A stretch of 60,000 nt of DNA from Squalus acanthias (Eukaryota). The stretch spans positions 174,718,001 to 174,778,000 of the forward strand of contig CM059425.1 of assembly GCA_030390025.1 (NCBI GenBank), in the 5' to 3' direction. This document shows, in pieces, positions 1-12,176 of the stretch. Each line of letters starts with the position of its first letter. Position 1 is the stretch's first letter. Under the pieces are notes generated by a model, which was not told the origin of the DNA, ran no database searches, and was given only the letters and a program-made list of their open reading frames with translations. The translations under genes and the position numbers were made by a program.

Positions 1-770
1 ATTATCTCTTCTGACCCTGCTCAACCTCTCTGCTGCTTTTGACATTCTTTTACAATGTCTCTCCTGTGTTGTCCAGTTCAGTGTGATTGCCCTTACATGG
101 TTACCGATAAGATAGTAGTGAGAGCATCTTCAGCAATGGCTTCTCTTGCTGCCCCTTGTCCCACTTCCAGTCTTGGATGAGCCATAATTTCTACCAGTTA
201 AACACTGCGACGACCGAAACCTTGCCACAAACTCCTTAACCTTGGCGCCAATTCTATCCCCCTCCCTGGGCATTGTCTCAGGCTTAACTAGACTGTTCGC
301 AACCTCGAGATCTTACTCAACCCTGAGCTGAGCTTCCAACTTCATATCCTCTCCATCACAAAGGCTGCCTTCTTCCACCTCTGTACCTTTGCATACATCC
401 GCTCCTGCCTCAGCCTATCTGCTGCTGAAACCCTCAGCCACAAATATGTCACCTCCAGCCTTGACTTATTCCAATGTTCTCCTGGTCGGCGTCCCATCTT
501 TGACCCGAAGTAAACTTCAGCTCATCCAAACTCTGCTGCCCGTATCCTATCCTGCACAAAGTCCTGCCCACCCATCACGCTTGTCCTTGCTGACCTATGT
601 TATTTCTCTGTCCCCCAACACCTCCAATTTAAAATTCTCATCCTCATTTGGCCAACATTTCCTCAGTAAATTTTCCCATTACCCCAATAACATGGTTGGC
701 ACTTCGACAATTGCTCCAAATCTCTCTCCACCTGCTCCCACCCCTCCTATCTGCAGTCATCTTGAACTCC
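1..770 (+). mobile_element. L2-clade LINE fragment (RT and C-terminal region), decayed
   Basis: LSAAFD-like motif at ~27-45, ccagccttgacttattccaat (SRLDYSN-like), KLQLIQ; similar to the L2 at 48375-49950. Confidence 0.8.
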
Positions 771-1324
771 TTTGCAGAAGTTTTTCCTGACAGACTTGTG
801 ATGTAGATTCTGTTCTTGGTATGTTAAATTTAACTTTAAAAATTAATTGAAAAGGAGGAAAAAGATTGGTATTATTTGAAGCATCAGATCTGAGTCTGCA
901 TGTTGTACACAACCTGCAACTTGGAGCGTGTGTGTGCAGAAGCTCAGATTTAATAATTTTAAAAAAAATCTGTGAATTTCAGCATGGTCCACCAGGGAAG
1001 TGAGGAGGAGGGTGCAGTAATTGTTGCAGCCATGTTATTTTTTCAATTCTGGTTTGTGAAACAGTCCGTACTGTAAGCAGGTGATTAACAGTGATACATA
1101 GCCTGGATTATGGCTTCAGCTCTCAGCATAAACAAGTTAATAGTTCTATTACCTGTTAAATAACTAGCACACTTAAACCTGCTATACAAAGCAGCAGCTG
1201 TACATTTAAATGTTTCGGATGATTATAACTATGGAAGCCAATTACAAATCTTAATTGGTGAGTAAAGATATGCAGCGCTTAGAATAATTTTCTTGATCAA
1301 GAATGTTTGTTCTTAGTCTGTATA

Positions 1325-2557
1325 TAGAAACATAGAAGATAGGAGCAGGTGTAGGCCATTCGGCCCCTCGAGCCTGCTCCGCCATTCGATGAGATCATGG
1401 CTGATCATCCAAACTCAGTACCCTGTCCCTGCCTTCTCCCCATATCCCTTGATACCTTTAGCTTTATGAAATATATCTAACTCATTCTTGAATATATTTA
1501 ATGACTTGGCCTCAACTACCTTCTGTGGTAGAGAATTCCACAGGTTCACCACTCTCTGGGTGAAGAAATTCTTCCTCATTTCTGTCCTAAATGGCTTACC
1601 CCTTATCCTTAGATTATGACCCCTGGTTCTGGACTCTCCGACCATCGGGAACATTCTTCCTGCATCTAGTTTGTCCAGACCTGTCAGAATTTTATATGTT
1701 TCGATGAGATCCCCTCTCATTCTTCTATACTCCAGCGAGTATAAGCCCAATCGACCCAATCTCTCCTCATATGTCATTCCTGCCATCCCAGGTATCAGCC
1801 TTGTGAATCTTCGCTGAACTCCTTCCATGGCAAGAACATCCTTCCTCAGATAAGGCGACCAAAACTGCACACAGTACTCAAGGTGTGGTCTCACCAAGGC
1901 CCTGTACAACTGCAGCAGGACATCCCTGTTCCTATACTCAAACCCTTTCGCTATGAAGGCCAACATACCATTTGCCTTCTTCACCGCCTGCTGCACCTGC
2001 ATGCTTACCTTCAGCGACTGGTGCACAAGGACACCCAGGTCTCGTTGCATTTCCCCTTCTCCCAATCTATTGCCATTCAGATAATAGTCTGCCTTTCTGT
2101 TTTTGACACCAAAGTGGATAACCTCGCCTTTATCCACGTTATATTGCATCTGCCACGCTTCTGCCCACTCACCCAACTTGTCCAAATCATCCTGGAGTTT
2201 CTCGGTATCCTCCTCGCAGCACACACGCCCACCCAGCTTTGTGTCATCTGCAAACTTGGAGATATTACATTTAGTTCCCTTATCTAGATCATTAATATAT
2301 ATTGTGAATAGCTGGGGTCCAAGGACCGATCCCTGCGGTACCCCACCAGTCACTGCCTGCCACTCGGAAAAAGACCCATTAATTCCTACTCTCTGCTTTC
2401 TGTCCGCCAACCAGTTCTCTATCCAAGTCAATACCTTGCTCCCAATCCCATGTGCCTTAACTTTACACGCTAATCTCTTATGCGGGACCTTATCGAAAGC
2501 CTTTTGAAAGTCCAAATACACCACATCTACTGGTTCTTCCTTATCTATTTTCCTAGC
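1325..2557 (-). mobile_element. CR1 LINE, 5'-truncated, uninterrupted 369-aa RT ORF (1415-2524) plus 3' UTR
   Basis: [40 protein letters not shown] motifs; ctatgttt-type tail. Confidence 0.95.
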
Positions 2558-4084
2558 ACTTCATAGCATTTGAGTGTTTCAAACCAATGGGTCAAAATAA
2601 AAACTTTTTACATGTGTTTGTCTTATAAAATTTCTTTGTCCCCTGGAGACCATTAAACCTTTTCTGCTATGAAATAAATAGAATGAATTAGACTAATCAG
2701 TTTATCTTTATCATCAATCACACCCAGTCTAATTCCATCCCTAGAGCAGTCACTTAATGTAGCCATAAGTTGCAGATGAGACGTTTGTCTCTTAAAAAGG
2801 TTGATGACCCACAATGCAGGATACATTGCTTTGTTGGCAAATTATATGTTTTGATAACAGAAGGTTCTTGCAAAGATATACATCTGCTCTTAGTTCTCGG
2901 CAAACCTGTTTGCACTCTATTTCAGTGGAGAAACATTGCATTAGGTATCTGATGCTGATCTTATTTGTACATCATAAAATGGTATTGTACAAAGCTTTGA
3001 AAAGAAACAAGGGTGAGCTGTGATGTATGTCCACATAATTTTTGTAGCTCTTGATTTATTTATTTTCAAGGTGAATGGTGTTAGTAAAGTATATAAAATG
3101 CAGTTGGAGAACTATAATTACAGCTGTAAGACTGTTGCTGTGGAAATGTCATGCAAACTGCAGACACTAAACAGCCAGTTTTGAGGCAATCCCGTACATT
3201 TTCTACTTGGCAAATACTAGCCTAAATTTTCTCGGCTTTTATTTTATTTGCCATAATTTTCACCATTTTAAAAATGCCGATTTGTGTGACTGGGCTATAC
3301 ATTATGATTGTCTTTATTTGTATTGGCAAAACTTTATTGACTTAATTGTTAGAAACTTCAGGATTCTTCAAGGTTTCCATTAAAATATTAGGCTGAATGA
3401 TTTAGTAGGCAGCAATTTAATTATGAATTATGCTGATTTTTTATTAGAAAATCTGTGTTTGTACAGAGGTCTTTGGAATTTTTAAAAAACTACATCACAC
3501 CCCATTTAAAGCAGAGTTTATTGCACACACTGAAGGCAAAAACAAAATAATTTAACATCAATCAAAAACACTGTTGACTTTGTCATGCTTCAGTTTAGCA
3601 AAGCCACTAATAACATTTAATTTCAGGAAATTCTTTCCTTGACCTTCTTGGACCTCACCAAATATTTAAGGGCTGAGGATACCAATAGTTAATTTGCTAA
3701 TTGATCTGTCTAGATTTGGTTATAGTCTTGTTCGTTCGTTAACCTATTGACTACAAAATAAAATTCCAAATAAAACATTAATGCAGTGGGGACAAATGTG
3801 GAAATTAGAAATAAATCATATTTTGTCTCAAGCCATTGTTGTTCAGAGTGTAACAAGATTACAGTATTCAATGTTCTGAAAGGAATCTGTTGACTAAAGG
3901 GATTGTTTTGCAAAGAAAATAGGAATACTTATTGTGCGCCTCTCTCTCTCTCTCTCTCCAAAATAAGACTTGTCCCATTCAAGAAAAGTTGCAGAAATTA
4001 CAGTTACTGTTAGACACTGGAATGCAAAAACATATTTTGCTATTTTAATATTTAAGTACTATTTTGTGCACTTCATTAGACATC

Positions 4085-4235
4085 ATTACCAGCTCAGATG
4101 GTTAAGACAGGGGGTCACTGACACATAGAGACCAAAAAAGTTCTAGGTTTGATCCTCATTGTTAGTTGATTCCAATCAGACAACATTAGTGGTGTTACAG
4201 TTTACCTCACCACCCTTGGTTTAGGGAAAAAGTAG
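4085..4235 (+). mobile_element. Decayed tRNA-derived SINE fragment
   Basis: A-box-like agctcagatgg, B-box-like ggtttgatcc; body resembles 4853-5080. Confidence 0.55.
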
Positions 4236-4852
4236 AGACTCAAGGTAACGCCATACGCATCAGGCATTCACGTTCACCTTAAAGCTTTCGACAGTACCTG
4301 CGCGCGCTCTCTTCTGATGGTGAACGATCTGTTCTTTCAGAAGTAAAGTATGTATTTTTGGAATCCACAATTACATCAATTGGCAAAAACAACCTTAATG
4401 ATTTGGGGAAAGGATCAACTGCTGGAAATGATTTTATTTTGTTCAGTGCTATTTAAAAATAGTTTCCAAAACAATGTCACGTTAGAGCATTCTAGATTAG
4501 AAAGAGATTTATAAAGTTCCAGCCTTTGAACCATACACTGATGTAGGCAGGGTGCAGTATGTACGGCTGGGAATCTGAATTCTGTCCAAAGGGATCATTG
4601 GAGACTTCTCATGCAATCTGTTGTGTTATACAAAGACCCATTGAAAAGTCCGCACACATTAGTCAATCAGTTTCTTTGTTGTGTAAAATATATTTGATGT
4701 TCAAATTAGCTTTATTCCATAAACAAGTTTTTATGACGTAAAAAATTAAAATGAAGTGATCACCAACAGTTAGTCTAGATTTTCTAGGGTAGTTCTTGAA
4801 GCTTTTCTGGTGCTAGACTGTTATTCAGCACAAATGTTTTGTGAATTCCATT

Positions 4853-5080
4853 GATGGCTCAGTTAGTGATCGTGTATAGTAGTGGTGTGGTACTGAGCCA
4901 CACTGACAAGAGGGTCCCAGGTTCATTCTCTGGTTTGTGTGGAATTAGCTAATCTCAGTTAGAGTTGTGGTGGAGTTGCTGCAGTTGTGCTCAGTGTCGC
5001 TGAGTTAGGGAGAAGAAAAGTCAGGCAGAGTTTCTGCTCGTGGCTACTACTGTCCAGCGACTACTGCTAAGCGTACATTC
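4853..5080 (+). mobile_element. tRNA-derived SINE, 3' part interrupted by CR1
   Basis: tggctcagttag and ccaggttcattc box-like motifs; shares segments with 4085-4235 and 9061-9180. Confidence 0.6.
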
Positions 5081-5525
5081 CGGGGATGGGGGATCTTGGC
5101 TACAAGGACAGGTTGGAGAAGCTGGATTTGTTTTCATTAGAGCAAAGGAGGTTGAGGGGTGATTTGAGAGAGGTGTCGAAGATTATGACGGGTTTGGATA
5201 GGCTAGACAGGGAAAGGTTGTTCCCATTAGTTGATGTTACACGGACTAAGGGACACAGATTGAAGGTTTTGGGAAAGAGATACAGGGGGATGTGAGGAAA
5301 AACATTTTTACGCAGCGAGTGGTGAGGACCTGGAAAGCTCTGCCGACGGAAGTGGTGGAAGCGGAGACACTCAATGTTTTCAAGTGGAGACTGGATAGGC
5401 ACTTGAGGGAAATAACTTGGAGGACTATGGGGATAGAGCAGGGAAATGGGACTGACTGGATTGCTTCACAGAGAGCCGGCACGGACTCGATGGGCCAAAT
5501 GGTCTCCTTCTGTGCTGTTATGACT
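5081..5525 (+). mobile_element. CR1 LINE 3' end
   Basis: LFSLEQRRLRGDL, FTQRVV motifs and CR1 3' UTR. Confidence 0.9.
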
Positions 5526-5959
5526 TAGATGAAGGTAAAGTTGGGCTTTACTGTGATGGCTCCCACGATGGAATAGTCCACTAGCACTCATGCGTAAAGA
5601 AATGTAATTTTTTGAGTGAAGTACCAGAAAGTGTTGCTGCCTCTGGAACTGCACATCAGCATGAGTCACTATTTTCAGGAAAGGAGGGGTAAGGGAAGAA
5701 AATGAGAGAAGAACATACTTCATCCTAGAAATTTCTGTGGAGCATAAGGAGAACAAATCTTGTGCCAGGCAGAAGTTCTGCTTACGCCTTGTCTGTGTTC
5801 CTGACTTCAGCTCATATCCCAGGGTCGGAGACATTTAAATATTTTGGGAGCTAGTGTTGGGTGGGGAGGGGGGGTTTAATCTGTGGTGTGAGTGCACAGT
5901 CAGGGCCCAACATTTCAAAAAAATAATTTTTAATTGCACTCCCAATTTTAAATATGCCA

Positions 5960-6093
5960 AAGGCAAAATACTGCAGATGATGGAAATCTAAAATAAAAAC
6001 AGAAAATGCTGGGTATACTCAGCAAGTCAGGCAGCATCTGTGGAGAGAGAAACAGAGTTAACGTTTCAGGTCGATGACCTTTCGTCAGAACTG
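5960..6093 (-). mobile_element. Short Penelope-like (pLTR-derived) insertion with 9-bp target-site duplication
   Basis: aatatgcca at 5951-5959 and 6094-6102; carries a hammerhead motif; second copy at ~55112-55210. Confidence 0.75.
6056..6092 (-). ncRNA. Minimal type I hammerhead ribozyme motif
   Basis: Minus strand AGTT-CTGACGA-A-AGGTC-ATC-GACCT-GAAA-CG-TT-AACT: intact core, stem I AGTT/AACT, stem II AGGTC/GACCT, palindromic AACGTT in place of stem III. Confidence 0.75.
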
Positions 6094-7089
6094 AATATGC
6101 CAGTTTCCGTACTGTAATCAATCGCGCTGTGATCGACTGCTTTTGAGAAACCAGCCTTTTCAAATTTAAAGCCATCCTCTAGCAACACTGAATGCCAGGG
6201 ATGCACAGTTGTTACTTGTCCCAATGTTCCTAGGGTTCAAATAACAGAAAATACACTGTATAACACATTTTCCTTATTTGAATGTAGTCATAATATGCCC
6301 ATTTATATGTGGGAAGATGTATTATTCTCCCGATGTCGTGGAAATTGCTGGAAGTACCATTGGGGAGCGGAGAGACGTTGGAACAGCTTCCTGCCCAATT
6401 TTCCGGCCTCGCCTGACCAGATGCCATGTATTTCCCAGAATAACCTCACAGATATTTTGTTCCTTTTATTTTTTAAAAGTAAATTGACTGTTAAAATGTG
6501 TCTTTTTACACTGTGGGCCAAAATTTAGCCAGTAAGAAAATGTATTAGTTATATCTGAGTTTAATGAACTAGTTCTTCGAATACAGTAATCATGCTGTGA
6601 GACGACGCTTTCGTTGTAGCTTAGAATTCAAATGAAAATACATTTCTGAACATAAAACCAGTATTAGTAACTGGCAAATTGGCAACGCCCATCGCATTCT
6701 CTCTATGTACACGAAACACTTGGCAGGGTTCACTGTATTCTTTCCGCTCCCTTCCAACATCTTTAACGGCCTTATGGTGGTAACTTTTAAGATGATTTTA
6801 ATATATAATTTTATGAATTATATATTAAGATAAGTTGCCCAGTCTTCTTCTTATAGCACCATGGAAACATGACAGAATAAATATTAAGGCAGACAATAAT
6901 TATGTCAGTATCTGCTATCAATAATTACAGTTACAACCTCTGTCTAGTTTTACTGAATGCCCACTGCAAGAACCAGTTGAAACTTGAAATCCAAATTTGA
7001 GATAATTATGAAATGGCACCCTATTGCAGAAAGTCCCTTTGGCTCTGAGCTTTTAGGATGCTGGCTTTTACACAACAATGTTAAAAATT

Positions 7090-7596
7090 TACACTTCAGG
7101 AAGGACATGAAGGCTTTGGAGAGGGTACAGAAGAGATTTACTAGAATGGTTCCAGGGATGAGGTAATACAGTTACGTGGATAGACTGGAGAAGCTAGGGT
7201 TGCTCTCCTTGGAGCAGAGAAGGCTAAGAGGAGATTTGATTGAGGTGTTTACAATCATGAAGGGTTTAGATAGAGTAAATAAAGAGAAACTTTTTCCAAT
7301 GGCTGAAGGTTGATAACGAGAGGGCACAGATTTAAGGTGATTGGCAAACATGAGGAAAGACATTTTTACGCAATGAGTGGTTAGGATTTAGAATGCACTG
7401 CCTGATAGGGTGGCGGATACAGATTCAATAGTAGCCTTCAAAAGGGAATTGGATAAATACTTAAAGGAGAAAAATTCACATGAATATGGGGAAAGAGCGG
7501 GGGAGTGGGACTAACTGAATTGCTCTTCAAAGGAGCCGGCGCAGACTCGATGGGCTGAATTGGTCTCCTTTTGTGCTGTACTATTCTATGATTCTA
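7090..7596 (+). mobile_element. CR1 LINE 3' end
   Basis: HFRKDMKALERVQKRFTRM, 3' UTR, attctatg tail. Confidence 0.9.
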
Positions 7597-7692
7597 GCAC
7601 TTACACCATAGACTGCATTCTTGTGAACATTTTGTCTACACCCGCATTATAACCATCTGTTATAGTAAGACTTCTGAGGCCTGAAGAACCTA

Positions 7693-8044
7693 GGGGAAGA
7701 GTTTCCACTTTGGGCGCAATTGGCGATCCGGGTGCAAACTGCGCAATAAATTGCGCTGGTTTTGAAAAGTGTTTTTTTCCTTGAGTTTCTGCTCAAACTC
7801 ATTTGCATATCACTGAACACACAATCTGCCATGAACCAGCGCAATAAGGCAGCGTTTTAAAACGTAATTTAAAAACAAATTTGCTTTAAAAATATTCCTT
7901 GATATATTTAGGAGTGGTAACTCAGCGCAGTTTTATTAATACAGCTGAAAATGGGCTTATCAGAAAAAATAAGCATTTTTAATCACTGTCAATCTACCAC
8001 CTGTGAGTAACCCGATTTTAAATCACTGAAAATACCTTAAAAAT
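7693..8044. mobile_element. Left end of a MITE-like DNA transposon, truncated by CR1
   Basis: ggggaagagtttccac start, CpG-rich short palindromes then AT-rich tract, like the MITEs elsewhere; second end not found. Confidence 0.45.
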
Positions 8045-9060
8045 CAGATGACACAAAACTTGGAAGTATAGTGAACAATGAGGAGGATAGTGATAGACCT
8101 CAAGAAGACATAGACAGGTGAAATGGTCGGACACGTGGCAGATGAAATTTAACGCAGAAAAGTGCAAAGTGATACATTTTAGTAGGAAGAACGAGGAGAG
8201 GCAAAATAAACTAAAGGGTACAATTCTAAAGTGAGTGCATGAACAGAGATACCTGGGGGTATATGTGCAGAAATCGTTGAAGGTGGCAGGGCAGGTTGAG
8301 AAAGCGGTTAAAAAAGCATACGGGATCCTGGGCTTTATAAATAGAATTGAGAGGTCGCACAACACCAGGTTATAGTCCAACAGTTTTATTTGAAATCACA
8401 AGCTTTCGGAGTTACTACTCCTTCGTCGGGTGAAGTGGCATAGAGGCATAGAATACAAAAGCAAGGAAGTTATGGTGAACCTTTTAGAAAACGCTGGTTC
8501 GGCCTCAACTGGAGTATTGTGTCCAATTCTGGGCACCGCACTTTAGGATGGATATGAAGGCCTTAGAGAGGGTGCAGAAAATATTTACAAGAATGATTCC
8601 AGGGATGAGGGACTTCAGTTACGTGGATAGACTAGAGAAGCTGGGGTTGTTCTCCTTAGAGCAGAGAAGGTTGAGAGGAGATTTGATAGAGGTATTCAAA
8701 ATCATGAGGGGTCTAGACAGAATAGATAGAGAGAAACTGTTCCCACTGGCGGAAGGGTCGAGAACCAGAGGACACAGATTCAAGGCGATTGGCACAAGAA
8801 CCAAAGGCGACATGAGGGAAAACTTTTTTACGCAGCGAGTGGTTAGGATCTGGAATGCACTGCCTGAAAGGGTGGTGGAGGCAGATTCAATCATGGCTTT
8901 CAAAAGGGAATTGGATAAGTATCTGAAGGAAAAAATTTTGCAGGGCTATGGGGAGAGGGCGGGGGAGTGGGATTAGCTTACGTGCTCTTGCAGAGAGCTG
9001 GCACGGGCTCAACTGGCCGAATGGCCTCCTTCTGTGCTGTAACCATTCTATGATTCTATA
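8045..9060 (+). mobile_element. CR1 LINE 3' part interrupted by a Penelope-like insertion
   Basis: DDTKLG onward, ORF 8548-8976, attctatg tail. Confidence 0.92.
8346..8439 (-). mobile_element. Penelope-like pLTR fragment with hammerhead motif (8396-8433, U4C core change)
   Basis: Minus strand TCAC-CCGACGA-A-GGAGT-AGTA-ACTCC-GAAA-GC-TT-GTGA; ataga duplicated at 8341-8345 and 8440-8444; homologous to 38438-38837. Confidence 0.75.
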
Positions 9061-9180
9061 AAAGGGGAAGAAAATCAGCCAGGATCCTAATCAGTACCCA
9101 AGAGCCCCTTGCTGCAAGTGTTCCTGTATTGATACGAAGTGAGGACAGGATTGGGATTTTCTATGATGCATCTGTAATGG
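9061..9180 (+). mobile_element. SINE body fragment
   Basis: ggggaagaaaatcagccagg resembles gggagaagaaaagtcaggcag in 4853-5080. Confidence 0.45.
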
Positions 9181-9344
9181 AAACTGGGATCTGTCCTGTT
9201 TGAAGTTATAAGATTTTTATGTTTATCTCATTTCATTTAAATTGCAATGGAAGCCAGAGCTGCTACTTCTGTCAAGTTTTCCGTTGTCCTTTTTAAGTTG
9301 AATGCCTGTGGCAAAGTGAATATACTTCTCTGTCCAGAAGCATT

Positions 9345-10052
9345 GGCCTCCGGAGTTTGCGGTGGATCGTGACGGCAAACTAATAGCATTCGCCGTCATT
9401 ACCCGTCTGAAACTGACCGCAACTTCAGGATTTAATGCACGTGCATCTAAACTTGGTCATTCACTGCTCAGACACTGGCTGCGCTGTGGACTCCCCTCTC
9501 CCTCATAGCCAGTAAATTTGGGTTTTTCTGCAGTAATATCGCAAATTTAATTAACATTAAATGTTAAGCTTTGTTCGACTTGGTGTAACTGGAGTTTTAA
9601 CAGTGTGTTGACTGCTAAACAAACGTTCTGGCCCTGAAAAGTTAATTTTTATATTTATGGAGTATCGAATTTCTCCATTATGATAAATATTAACATTTTT
9701 AATAACCTTTTAGTTGGTTCATGATATTTTAGCTTCTACCTTATCCCCATGTGAGAGTCCCAATCTTCATTTCGCTCTATGCAACATTTTTTTTTAAAAG
9801 TCTGGATAAAAGCAGCTTCTCATTTCCTGGTTTCCTAATTGTGAGAGTTCTGCAATGTGATTGTTTGCTAAGACAGCTTGTTGATGTTGCAGCAGCCTCG
9901 CACTAGGAATTCCCATTACAGAGCGCTGAAATCAATTGAACATCAAAAAAGGCAAACTTCTCGCCCAAGAGATTGTGGGATCTCTATGGGCAGCTTTCTT
10001 CAGGGCCAGCGGCGAGCACCTTTGCTTCGCTGGTGACCGCAAATAACGGGCC
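9345..10052 (+). mobile_element. Non-autonomous DNA transposon, family A (Harbinger/PIF-like MITE)
   Basis: Imperfect TIRs ggcctccggagtttgcgg / ccgcaaataacgggcc, ATT duplicated; homologous to 15686-17348 and 50247-51020. Confidence 0.75.
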
Positions 10053-10502
10053 ATTATATGTTAATGACAAATGGAAACTGGTTTCTGTTAATTTCTAGAA
10101 GAGTTTTTGTTTCTTTGTGGTGCACGTACCTATAGGCAAGGCAAATATATAGACCTTGTTTGCAGTATCGATTCAAAGGATGGGTCATCGCTGTTTAAAT
10201 CAATTGCATTTTACTATGTTAAAGGTGCTATATAAATGTCAGTTGTTGTTACTTGCAGACAGACCTCTATCAGGGAAAAATTATTTTGATTAATTCCTCA
10301 GACAGTTGCGACTGTGATCAAGACTCAGCCATTAATTAATTTTGTTCATTCAGATCAGGAATATTTCCAGTTTCCACTGCCTTGCTCACCTTCCACCCCT
10401 GCCCTATTGTCCCGTATCTGCTTCAAATATTTTTCCACTTTTCCCTTCAAAGATATAATGGTCTCTGCTTCAAGCACTGCCTGTGCCAAAGAATACAGCA
10501 CT

Positions 10503-12176
10503 CATAGTATCATAGAAGCTTACAGCACAGAAGGTGGCCATTCAGCCCGTCATGCCTGTGCTGGCTCTTTGAAAGAGCAGCCGTGCTTAGTCCCACATCC
10601 CTGCTTTTTGTTCATAACCCTGAAGTTCCTCAACCCCAAGTGTCTGTCCAATTCCCTTTTAAAATTATTTATGGAATCCGCTTCCACCATCTTTTCAGGC
10701 AGAGCGTTCAAGATCCCGACAACTCTGAGTGAAAATATTTCTCCTCATCTCCACTCTAGATCTTTTGCCAATGATTTTAAATATATGATCTCTGGTTATT
10801 GACCCACTCACCAGAGGGAACAGCCATTCTCTATCTACTCTATCAAAACCCCTCATCATTTTGAAAACCTCTATTAGGTCACCTCTTAACCTTCTCTGTT
10901 CCAAGGCGAACAGTCCTAACTTTTCTAACCTCTCTTCATAACTGAAGTCCTTCATCCCTGGTAACATCCTGGTAAACCACCTATGTACCATTTCTAAGGC
11001 CTTTTCATCTTTTCTAAAGTGTGGTGCAAAAATACTCCAGCCGAGACCTAAACAGTGATTTATAATGTTCTAACATGATCACTTTGTTTTTATATTATAT
11101 TCCTCTATTTATAAACCCAAGGAACCCATATGTATTTCTAACCACCTTATCAACTTGCCCTGCCACCTTTAAGGATTTGTGCATATAGACACCAAGGTCT
11201 ATGCTCATCTACACTTTTCAAAATTGTGCCATTTACTGTCTTTCCATATTAGTTCTCCCAAAGTGCATCACTTCACACTGCATTGAACACTATCTACCAT
11301 GCTTCTGCCCATTTCACCATCCTGTCTGTCATCCTGAAGCCGACAACTATCCTCATCACTATCTACGACGTTGCCAAGTTTTGTATCATCTGCATACCTA
11401 ATAATGCTGTTCTCTAAACCCGAGTCTAGGTCATTTATAAAAATTAAAAAGAGTAATGGATCCAAAACTGACGCTTGAGGAACACCATTGCAAACCACCT
11501 CCCAATCTGAAAAACATCCATCTACCACCACCCTCTGCTTCCTGTCACTGAGCCAATTCCATATCAATACCACCACTTTCCCCTAAATTCCATGGGCTTC
11601 TATCTTCTTAACAAGCCTCCTGTGTGGCACTTTGTTGAATGCCTTCCAAAAGTCCATATATACAACATCTGATGCACCACTTTGATCAACCTTCTCTGTT
11701 ACCTCATCAAAGAATTCAGTCAAGTTAGTTAGACACAATTTGCCTTTAACAAATCCCTGCTGGCTCTCCTTGATTAACACATGTCTTTCCAAATGAAAGT
11801 TTATTTTGTCCCTGATTATGGTTTCCAATAACTTCCCCACTGCCGATGTTAGGCTGACTGGCCTGTAGATTCCTGGTTTATACCTCTGCTCTTTCTTGAA
11901 TAGTAGTATAACATTAGCAACCCTCCAGTCCTCTGGCACTACTCCTGTATCCATTGAGGATTAAAAGATTGCAACCAATGCCTGTGCTATTTCTACCTTT
12001 GCTTCTTTCAGCAAGCTCAGATGCATTCCATCCAGACCAGGTAACCTACCAACTTTCAGTGATGCTAATCTTTTTTGTATGTTTTCTCTATCTATTACTA
12101 TCCTGTCCATACTTCCCCCTCTTAGTGTAACCTTCACATCATCATCATCTTCCTTTGTGAAGACAGATGCAAAGTA
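10503..12176 (-). mobile_element. Old CR1 LINE 'A', RT and 3' part
   Basis: YFASVFTKE, VPEDWRVANV, GVPQASVL, YADD, 3' UTR; multiple stops and frameshifts. Confidence 0.9.

Noticed and set aside
973..1006. Collagen-like GPPG micro-exon
   Set aside because: Too short, stop follows in that frame, weak polypyrimidine tract
1883..2507. Antisense ORFs over LINE RT regions (also at many other CR1 copies)
   Set aside because: Shadow frames of RT coding sequence
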